DNA of 64,000 bases, taken from positions 248,001 to 312,000 of the forward strand of contig MCFH01000015.1 of assembly GCA_002104945.1 (NCBI GenBank). The letters are read 5' to 3'. Positions 54,198 through 64,000 of the stretch are shown here, piece after piece; positions within the stretch are counted from its first letter, which is position 1, and each line of letters opens with the position of its first letter. The DNA comes from Piromyces finnis finn (lineage: Eukaryota > Fungi > Neocallimastigomycota). The notes beneath the pieces are model-generated. The model saw nothing but the letters and a program-made list of their open reading frames with translations. It was not told where the DNA came from and ran no database searches. Position numbers and translations under genes: made by a program.

Positions 54198-57100
54198 TAA
54201 TCTCTCTTTAAAAAAAAATATTAATATTAAATATAGTATTTATTATATATATTATTAATATTATAATAAATAGTATATATTTTTTAACAAGTATTTTATT
54301 TTTTTTTTTTTTTTAACGGCATCAAATATTTTAAACTTTATTATTAATTTAATTAAAATTATAATACATGTAATAAAAAAATTAAAATTAAAATAAAAAT
54401 AAAAAAAAATATGTTTAAATAAACACAAATGAATAAAAATTGGGTATAATGTATTCTAGTAATTTTAATTAAAGTAAGAAAGCCACTATCATACTAAAGT
54501 ATAATAATTGTATTTGACTTGCAATGGGACATCGAGTCAAAGATCAAAATTTTATCATGGGACAAAATTATGATCTCCATTGGTTGCGCTGCGCCCTCCT
54601 GTCTTACTGTTTCTTCAGCATTGACGCTCTTGGATGTTGCTTCAAACCTTTTGAACATTGACCATTGCTGGCCAATAGCAAAAGGCATGATTTTGGTTAG
54701 AAGTTCCGCGGTTACCGTCAAGAATGGTGCTCCTTCATTAGTACCAGATTGAATCTGACGCTTACAAAGTTCTTTCCATTCCCTTGAATTGTAATTAATA
54801 TTGTTAAAACTTCTTCCCCCAAGAAGGAATTTAAATATTTTACTGCACACACTAGAATAATCATACACATTAATATTCACCGGATTATTAGAACTATTAC
54901 TATCATTAACTAAATTACTATCTAAATTAGAATTATTATCTTCACTATTGCTATCATTATTAATATTATTATTTCTATTACTACTATTGTTATTATTACT
55001 ATTTCTATTATTACTATTACTACTATTGTTATTATTACTATTGTTATTATTATTATTGTTACTATTACTATTACTGTTATTGCTATCTCTACTGACATTA
55101 TCAATTTCATTATTATTGATAGGACTATTGGAATTACGTTGACTGAAAAAATTTAATAGCTGGACTATGGAATCATAATGTTTAATACGGATATCTCTAA
55201 ATGTTGGACAATCTAATAACCAATGTTTAATACTTTGATCTCCACACTTGCAACATGGACAGTAGTTAGGACAAACTGGATCAACAAATTTAGCAGCTTT
55301 GGCAACTCTAGCATCCAACTTGTATCCGCTTCTTTCTTTCAATAGCCAGTAGAAGCCATAGGCAAACTCTGGGTACTCATAACATAATTTAATAAAATAT
55401 TTAGTTTCAATAAATTTATTATCATCATAATATTGCGCTTTGATTGAATTCCCTTTGAGATCTTTCCAATAAAAGTTTTTAACTGCTTTAACATCTCCAT
55501 GCTTCTTTAGTTTTTTTTCAAGTGTCCTACTTGATTTGCACCACGTGTATTTTCTAAATTTAGGAATGTAATTGACAAGGTGTGAGATAATACAATTTGA
55601 GTTTTTCCATTTGTTAAAACATCTAACCTGAGCTAACGCACATTTGGCTGACAATGGAGGAATATTCAAATCTTTTGAGATAGAGTATAAAGATATAAAC
55701 GATACAGCTTTATGAACTCCGGCAACCCATCGTATTCCTTTGTTAACATGCTTCTGAGCAATCCTAGACCTAGCTTTGTTGGATCCAAGTAATGGTGCAA
55801 AGTATGAAACTCTGCTAATCACTTGTGAGTTAAGTACTAGTTTTTTGAAAGGAATAGGAATATTAGGATTTCTTAAGAATTTACTGACTGAGAAAAGTCC
55901 TTTCAAAACCTTGTTATTAAGAACTTTAATTACTGGTTTAAGGGACAAATTCTTATCAAATGGAACACCAAGATAAGTGTAGCAGTCAGTAGTTGGAATG
56001 GGTTGTCCTGCTAAGTAAAATGTTGGATCTCTCTTGTTCTGATTTTCTATTGATTCAGGACGAATCACCATCGTTGAACATTTCTGGATACCAAATTCCA
56101 TTTCATTATACAAGGCCCATTCATTAACTCTTCTAAGCATCTTTTTTAAGCATCCTCTTGTTGGAGCACAAATAACTATATCATCTGCAAAAAGTCCACC
56201 ACAGCATCGAGTGTCACCTAAACTGACTCCTAGATCTTCGCACTCTCTAAATATATCATTAATAAAGAGATTAAAGAGAATAGGAGAAAGAGGGCAACCT
56301 TGACGGACTCCTTTCTTCACATCAAAAGATTTCGAGAATTGTCCATCTAATTTGACATTAGCCTTAGATGTTAAATATAAATTTTTGATAAATTGTAGAC
56401 TCTTACCTCGGATTCCTAAACAATCTAATTTATAGAGAATATTACCGATTGGGACTGAATCGTATGCTTTCCTGAGATCTAAAAAGGCCAAATATGTCTC
56501 TTTATTATCTAATTGACGTCTACGGCATATTTCTTGGATTGAAATGAAAAGACTGATACTTTCTTCCTTTTTTCGAAAACCAAATTGTTCAGGTCTAATG
56601 AAATTATTCTTTAGACCATATTCTGAGATTCTAGTGGTGACAATTTTGGAAATCAACTTAATGCCATTATTGATAAGTGATATACCTCGATAGTTATCAC
56701 AATCTGTCAAATCTCCCTTCTTAGGAATAGAAACAATACTGGATTCATTCCATGAGTTGGGGAAATCTCCATCCCAAATACGGTTGAATAATTTAAGAAT
56801 AAAATTTAAACCATGAGCATCATTATCTGAAGTGGTATTACCGGAAGAATTATTATCTGTAGCATTATTAGAATCATTACTTGATGGAATTAATGCTTTG
56901 TAAAATTCAATTGGAATACCATCCGGACCTGATGCTTTATAATTTGGAGTAGTGAGGATAGCTGACTTGACTTCATCAATACTAATATCTTGGTTGATAT
57001 CCCACTCATCAAGCATAGGAAGTGAAAAACGTTTATTCGTTGGTTCTTCATACCAATGCTCCAAATCAAGACTTACACCACTTGGATCTGATGCAAGGTT

Positions 57101-59089
57101 TTCGAAATGATCATGCCACACTTCAAGTTGTTCTTCCGTAGCAACAACTAATTCTCCATTTTTATTTTTAATTAGTTGAGCAATAAAGAAGGAATCTTTT
57201 CCAATTTTTGCAGTTTTCTTGATCCATTTCCAGGCCTTCTTAGGATTATGACTCTTCATATACTCACATCCTGTTTTAATCCAATGAAGATATTCTTGCT
57301 TCCTAAATTCATTACATCTTTTGTGGATGTAATCAATGAGCTTACGGTAGATTTTAATTCTTTTAATAAATTCATCTATATCATAAATTCTTTCTTTTTT
57401 AAATCTCTTATACAACTTCATTTTGATTTTTTGAAGATTAAAAATTTGTTGTGAAATATGAAATGAAGACTTTATAACATTATTAGCTGAGGTAATACTG
57501 AGCTCGTCTGCAATTGAAAAAGCAGTTGAAGTAAACTCTTTGGAAAGTTCATCTGTAGAAACATTAGGATCGTTGAATTTTGCTGAAAGAATTTGGAATT
57601 TATTATGACTGAGAATAGATTCCTTTTCCTCAATACATTTTAATCTATTCCATTTCAGAATTTTCTTAGGAACATTAAAGTCATTAGAAAAATCTTCCAT
57701 AGGAATAATTTTACCATTAATAAGAAGTGGCTTATGGTCTGATACAGGATAAAAATTATTTATAAATGATCCTGAGTGAATAAGATCTTTCATCTTCAAA
57801 TTGATAAGAGCATGGTCAATGTCGGAAGATTGTTCACCTCGAGTCCAAGAGATAGTCGACCCTCTAAGCGGAAGAATTTCCCAATCTCCTAATCCATTAG
57901 TTGATAACCAATTGGATAATTTTACTTTAGACATATTAAAATCACCAACAAGAATCGATGGATGGGATGAATTAGTTTGCAACCACAAGCGAACTTCTAA
58001 CTTTGCATGATCAACATAGATGTTGTGATGACTATGAGGCATATAAACATTTCCAATCGAGCATTTGAATCTATTCCAAAGACTAAAAGTATAAATAGAA
58101 ATAATATACTTTCCAGAGAAGTTTTCAAGTGAGGCTTGACACGAATTGTGAAAACCTAAATATAAACCTCTCATTCCCGGAACTGATTCGTCAGCTTTCT
58201 TGAAAAAGTGTCTATAGTTTCGCAAAGTAACACGACAAGGATAATCTGTATTCGATCCAGAACCATTACCAGTTTCTTGGAAACATAAAAATAATGGTTT
58301 GAAAATAGCTGTGAAATAGCTAATACTATCTCTCTTTTCGTGATTCCACCCATTGGTGTTCCAACTAAGACAAAAAGAAAAGTTATCAGGCTTGTTGGAT
58401 GAGGAAGAATCGTTGCTATTATTATTATTATTAAAGTCATCGTTATTAATGGATGATGCATCAGAGGAATAAGTAGAACTATTACTAGATGGCTGTGAAA
58501 CTGAAGAACTATCAACTATTGAACTGTTATCAGAGTTGATAGAGCTATTAGAATTAATTGTTGAATGTTGAGATTGAAATTGTGTTTGCTGTAGATCTGG
58601 AATATTTTCATGATTGGAAACTTGTTGAAGATCTTGTTGAAGATCTAGTTGAAGATCGGATTGTTGATGAGATTGTTGAACTGATTGTTGAAATGATTGT
58701 TGAATAGAATGTTGATGTTTATTAGAAACTAAAATTTTACGTTTGAGAGTGGAAAAAGTGTATTTGTGATTCCTTCTACTACGAGCTGAAAAGGAAATTG
58801 AGGTAACTGAAAGTTTCTTCTTTAACATGTGTAAGATTTTAATACAATCTTTCGATGAACCATGAACCTTGACTAAGAAAAAGTGATCATTGAAAGTCTG
58901 AAAATATTTAACACTAATAACTGAATTAAATTTATCTTCTAGAATAACCTCGAGTTTTTCCTATAGCATATTTACTGACCATGATCGAATACCACGGATA
59001 AAGAAGGAGCGAATATCATCTAAGGGGATACCATAAGACCGGGTACCACGTCTGATATAATTCTTATCTTTAATATAAAGGACTGACAT
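54144..59089 (-). mobile_element. Non-LTR retrotransposon (LINE): single long frame with N-terminal extension, APE endonuclease, reverse transcriptase and C-terminal CCHC motif, plus about 350 bp of 3' UTR
   Basis: APE motifs CLSWNTNG, LCFQET, ILVGDFN, SDIDHALI, SDHKPL; RT motifs YRGISL, AFLDLRKAYDSV, GVRQGCPLSPILF, LFADD, YTYLG; zinc knuckle CPCCKCGDQSIKHWLLDCP. Frame 59089-54494 is open except for one TAG at 58963-58961. Confidence 0.95.
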
Positions 59090-59699
59090 GATAATAAATT
59101 CTAATTAAAAAATATTGAATATAAAATAAATACTAATAAAAATTACAAATATAACGTATATGGAAAAAAATCTGTCTCTCTCTCTCTTCTTAAAAGTACT
59201 GGATAGAACAAAAATTGTTACGATGCTTTGTTTAAAGTTTCTTTTTTTTTTTTTGAATTCTAGTTGTAAATTTTCTTTAAAAATTCTAGTTTTGGTTTGT
59301 TGTTAGTAAATTCGATTCGCTTTTTGACACTAAAATTGTTTGACTTTACTTTTCATTAAATATTTAAATTGGTAAAAAATTTGAATCAAGAATGTTGACA
59401 CCAGAAAGCTTGTGAATAGTATTTTTACATGATGTAGAGTGAATCAGTCTCTTACAAGAAACAATACAACAATAGCTACATGAATATAAAAATACAATGC
59501 AAATGCAAATGCTAAAGTTGACTACATTGGATTCTTACAAGAGAAGAGTAGTACTACATGAATACATGAATAAAAGAAAAAAATACAGCAACAAAATGTA
59601 TTGCTCTTCTAATTAAATACTATACAAACTTACCTGAGTATCAAACATTCAACTTATTCATCAAATACTTAAATTCGATGAATAAAATGTTTTTTAATC

Positions 59700-60060
59700 G
59701 CTCAGTACCATGAGCTTAGTCCTAATAATTTTCCCTTAAAGACTAACCAAGCATCCATTGCGCAATGCTTGGATTTAATTCTTTCTACTCTCTCAGTACC
59801 ATGAGCATGAGTAGACCCCCTTGATAAACTCCATTATTAAATAAATGAAGGCACGTTCCTAAGAGGGCACCAAGCATCCATTGCGCAATACTTGGATTTA
59901 ATTCTTTCTACTCTCTCAGTACCATGAGCATGAGTAGACCCCCTTGAGAAACTACATTTATTAAATAAATGAAGGCACGTTCCCAAGAGGGGATGAGCAT
60001 GAGTAGACCCCCTTGAGAAACTACATTTATTAAATAAATGAAGGCACGTTCCCAAGAGGG
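59700..60060 (-). repeat. GC-enriched tandem monomers of about 123 bp (2 full plus partials) upstream of the LINE ORF, rich in inverted repeats
   Basis: Units at 59746-59868 and 59869-59992, a partial unit at 59993-60060 and a remnant at 59700-59715. Confidence 0.9.
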
Positions 60061-60062
60061 AT

Positions 60063-60616
60063 TGATTAAATAATAAGTAATAAAAAAAAAAAAAAAAATC
60101 CCATAATCTCTCTTTAAAAAAAAATATTAATATTAAATATAGTATTTATTATATATATTATTAATATTATAATAAATAGTATATATTTTTTAACAAGTAT
60201 TTTATTTTTTTTTTTTTTTTTAACGGCATCAAATATTTTAAACTTTATTATTAATTTAATTAAAATTATAATACATGTAATAAAAAAATTAAAATTAAAA
60301 TAAAAATAAAAAAAAATATGTTTAAATAAACACAAATGAATAAAAATTGGGTATAATGTATTCTAGTAATTTTAATTAAAGTAAGAAAGCCACTATCATA
60401 CTAAAGTATAATAATTGTATTTGACTTCCAATGGGACACCGAGCCAAAGATCAAAATTTTATCATGGGACAAAATTATGATCTCCATTGGTTGCGCTGGC
60501 CCTCCTGGCCTGTCTTACTGTTTCTTCAGCATGGACGCTCTTGGATGTTGCTTCAAACCTTTTGAATATTGACCATTGCTGACCAATAGCAAAAGGCATG
60601 ATTTTGGTTAGAAGTT
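60063..60616 (-). mobile_element. 5'-truncated second copy of the same LINE (last about 210 bp of ORF plus 3' UTR)
   Basis: Colinear with 54144-54705, from TGATTAAATAATAAGTAATAAAA to ATTTTGGTTAGAAGTT. Confidence 0.92.
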
Positions 60617-61043
60617 TTGAATGTTAAATATAAATTTTTAATAAATTGTAAACTCTTACACCCTAATGGGAGAATATTACCAATTGGGACAATGATTCCT
60701 CTACACATCATTAAAACTCCAAACTTTTACCAAAATTTTTTAATCCCTCAAAAACATCATTAAAATAAAAAATGTTATTTTAAAATATATATATATTTAT
60801 TTTTATTTTTTTGTTTGTTTGTTTAATTTTTATATTTAAACCTGTACAGATAATTTTATATTTATAAAGTAATACAGCGATATGTATACTTTTTTTTTTT
60901 AATTTTTTATTTTTTTTTCTTTTGTTTTATATATTAATAATTTATTTCATTGGCAAAAAAATTATTAAGAAAAGTTTTTAATATAAAAAGATTTTATGGT
61001 TTTTATATTATTTATAGTAAAAACAAATTGTAAAAAAAATAAT

Positions 61044-62225
61044 CTAGAACTTGTTAATGAATTCCCAAGTAGCTTGTGGAACCCAAGATTGGTATTGACC
61101 TGGGTCCTTGTGATCCCAAAGGTGACCACCAGATTGAGTACACCAACGAACTGGGAAACGTTGGTCAACAGTCTTGTAATCGTAACACTTGTGTGGACCT
61201 CCTGGAGTAGCTTCTTCAGCTCTTTCCTTAACGGCAGCACCGTTTTCGGAGTTGTGTTCTAAGATGATATCACGAGCGTGACGACCCATTTCTGGAGTAC
61301 AGAGACCATCATCGAAACCAAGAACACCCATCCAACCAATTGGTTCACCAGTGTGCTTTGGAAGCCAGATGTTACGTTCAGCAGTTTCGTAAACGGCAAC
61401 ACCACGGAGAACCTTTTGGTGGTTCCAGGAAAGACCGTTAGAGAACATAGAACCGTAACTGAAACCAGTAGAGAAGACACGGGATTCATCAATACAGAGA
61501 TCACCCTTTAACTTGGCAAGAAGTTCATCGAACATGTAGTAATCAGCTTCACCCCATGGGAGTTGTTGACCGTTACCTTCTGGAGCAACGAAAATGGTAG
61601 TCTTACCAGTATCTAATGGCTTTAAACCATAGTAACCTTCTTGTTGGACACCTCCGGCCCAACCGCCCATACAGTGCATACCGAAGACTAAACGGTATGG
61701 CTTGCTCTTATCATAGTTATCTGGGATATCAATACGGACAGTACGCTTGTTGTTACCCCATTTGAATTCAAAGGAACCAGTCTTTGGAAGACTTAAGTTC
61801 TTACCACAACCAGATGATGGAACTGGAGTGTTCTTTAAAGCGTAACCGAAACTGTAAGTTGGTTCTTGTGGTTGTTGTTGTTGTTGGTTGTTGTTGTTGT
61901 TGTTACCAGAGCTGGAGCTGGAGTTAATACCACACCATTCATTATTTTCAATACCCCACTTACCATCATTATCAGTTAAAACAACTTCAGTGGTGGTCTT
62001 ACAACATGGGTAATTTAAGGCATTGGCCCAGCAAGAAGTAGCGGCTTGACCATTTGGCATACCACACCATTGACCATTTTCAACACCCCACTTACCATCG
62101 CTATCAGTGTAAACGACTATATTACCATTACAGCATGGATAACCAAGCTTTTGGGAGAAACAAGAGGCAGCAGAAGCCTTGGCTGCGACAGCAGCAATTG
62201 CAGTTAAAACGACAGCGAATTTCAT
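61044..62225 (-). CDS. Cellulosomal carbohydrate esterase (CE1, feruloyl/acetylxylan esterase-like) with two N-terminal fungal dockerin (CBM10-like) domains; intronless
   Basis: Signal peptide; dockerins [11 protein letters not shown]...[10 protein letters not shown] and [11 protein letters not shown]...[10 protein letters not shown]; S/N/Q linker; catalytic domain PSSGCGK...RLVFGMH...IFVAPEG...[15 protein letters not shown] (GxSxG)...GGHLW...TWEFINKF. Confidence 0.92.
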   Translation of the reverse strand: MKFAVVLTAIAAVAAKASAASCFSQKLGYPCCNGNIVVYTDSDGKWGVENGQWCGMPNGQAATSCWANALNYPCCKTTTEVVLTDNDGKWGIENNEWCGINSSSSSGNNNNNNQQQQQPQEPTYSFGYALKNTPVPSSGCGKNLSLPKTGSFEFKWGNNKRTVRIDIPDNYDKSKPYRLVFGMHCMGGWAGGVQQEGYYGLKPLDTGKTTIFVAPEGNGQQLPWGEADYYMFDELLAKLKGDLCIDESRVFSTGFSYGSMFSNGLSWNHQKVLRGVAVYETAERNIWLPKHTGEPIGWMGVLGFDDGLCTPEMGRHARDIILEHNSENGAAVKERAEEATPGGPHKCYDYKTVDQRFPVRWCTQSGGHLWDHKDPGQYQSWVPQATWEFINKF

Positions 62226-63546
62226 TTTTGAATTACTATTTATATATTTTTTAATTATAGGAATAATTTTATTTATTTACAATTAATTTATTTATTTTAA
62301 TAAGTTTATATAAATATAAATATATATATTACTATTATTATTTTATCTATTTTTTTTACAAAATAAAAAAAAAATTAATTTGTTTCTTTACTTTTTTTTT
62401 TAATTTTCTGCCAGAGAAAACTATTTTTATTGTTATCAATAAAATATTGATTTATTAATAATAATGAATAAAAAAAGAAAATAAAAGTTCAAAAAAATTT
62501 TTTCCCTTTATATATGATTTGAAAATGATTTGCAATTAACGGTATTTTAATATATGTAATAATTAACTTTATTATTAAATAATAGTATTTTTAATTAAAA
62601 TTTAATGTAAATCACTTTTTATTAATTTCTTTTATGTTTTTGAAATTACAAATTTTAATAATTAATAATAAATAAGGTTTGGTTAATATAATTTATATAT
62701 TAATATATTATTTTAATTTAAAGTGAGAATTATTTAATTTATCCTAATAATTTAATTTTAAAAAATAATACAATACATACAATTGAATAATTATTAATAC
62801 ATCATAAATAACATTAATACTTTTAATATTTCATTTAATACTATTATTATTTTAATAATACGAGTACATTTTCAATATTCCAATACTTATTAAATAATAC
62901 TATTATTATTTTAATACTACCTTTTTTTAATACTACTATTTTTATTTACAATTTTTTAATTAGTTCTAAAAAAAAAAAAATAAATTATAAAATTAATTAA
63001 AAAAGTAATTCTCATCATAATTAAATTAATTTATAAAAAATACAAACATTTTTTGTCAAGATTACTCAAATTATTTGGTATAATTTAATAATAAAACTTT
63101 TTTTTTATTCTATTTTTATTTTGATGTTATCTTACCATTTTATTATTGATGTCATTGACAGAATATTAAAATAGTCTTTCAATTTGAATGAGTAATGTTG
63201 AATGAATATTAAAAGGCTTATACTTTTTTTTAATAAAAGGAACAATTATAAAAAAAAAATAGGAAAAATTATAAACAATACACAAATAAACAAAAAATAA
63301 AAAGAAAGAAAATGATGGTGATTGTTTTCTCTTTACACTCAATCTCCTTACTATAGAACTAACTTTTTAATTTAAAATAAAAAAAAAATGAACTTTAAAT
63401 GAATTGGTAATAGTAAATTGTCAATGATTAAATTTTTATTGGATCTTTTGTTATAAAGAAATGATGTAATACAAATAGTTAAACTATTGTATACAATGAA
63501 ATATTAGTGACAAAGGAATAAATTCTTCATTATAACCTGGTATAAT

Positions 63547-63660
63547 AATACAGCCTATTCAATAGTTGAATATCTAGTAATATAATATTCCAATTTATAT
63601 TCAATAGTTGAATATCTAGGAATATAATAATACAGCCTATTCAATAGTTGATTATCTATG
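63547..63660. repeat. Three copies of a palindromic core TATTCAATAGTTGAATATCTAG about 41 bp apart
   Basis: Cores at about 63556, 63598 and 63638 (third has TTGATTATCT). ATAATACAGCC precedes copies 1 and 3. Confidence 0.75.
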
Positions 63661-64000
63661 AATATTATATATTTGATTATTTATAACTTTTTATTATTTC
63701 TATGTCTTAATCATCCTTTTTTTTTATATTATAATTAATATTATCTTGAACATTATGTGGTGATCCCTTTATTTTTTATGTTTAAATTTTCAATTTTCTA
63801 ATATTAATATAAATCACAATAGATTAAAAAAAAAAAAAGTACAATAAACTATTAATTTTATATTAAATTTTGAAAAAACAAGGTTTAATTTGTTGATATT
63901 GTATTATTTTGTTACACAAAGATAATATTACTACAGAATGAATAAACTTTATTATTTATAATTTCATATTTTTATCCATTAAAAAAAAGGAAGATCCCTA

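Noticed and set aside
59700-60060. CRISPR array or hammerhead ribozyme
   Set aside because: Eukaryotic context with no cas genes and no unique spacers; CUGAGAG..GAAA does not fit the CUGANGA core.
54144-60616. LTR retrotransposon interpretation of the 560-bp direct repeats
   Set aside because: No TG...CA ends, primer-binding site, integrase or protease; the protein is APE-RT and the repeat includes the ORF's own 3' end.
60965-62254. Overlapping alternative-frame ORFs in and around the esterase (60965, 60996, 61259, 61278, 62054)
   Set aside because: Explained by the stop-poor codon bias of a highly expressed gene; no motifs.
63547-63660. Mini CRISPR-like array
   Set aside because: Only three units, spacers partly repeat one another, and the genome is eukaryotic.

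Overview
Extremely AT-rich eukaryotic DNA with GT-AG introns, almost certainly from an anaerobic gut fungus (Neocallimastigomycota): it carries a double fungal-dockerin esterase, a flagellar basal-body gene and intronless ankyrin genes. Intron-rich core genes, spliced by eye: Hikeshi/OPI10, BBOF1, beta-carbonic anhydrase, NAPE-PLD, an RNPS1-like SR/RRM protein and a signal-anchored metallophosphoesterase. Accessory content: a GPI-anchored histidine-phosphatase-fold protein lacking its catalytic residues; three paralogous multi-pass membrane genes with apparent frameshifts; a CBM18-subtilisin followed by a free-standing secreted copy of its own propeptide; two HbrB/Bit61 paralogs; two adjacent secreted precursors with dibasic sites and Lys/Ala-rich cationic segments; an APE-RT LINE with one in-frame TAG, structured upstream tandem monomers and an upstream copy of its own 3' end; and a dockerin-CE1 esterase. 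Best candidates for an undescribed system: the cationic-peptide precursor pair (51.1-53.8 kb), the protease/free-propeptide pair (33.3-36.4 kb) and the LINE 5' architecture (59.1-60.6 kb). All family assignments come from recalled motifs, not database searches.
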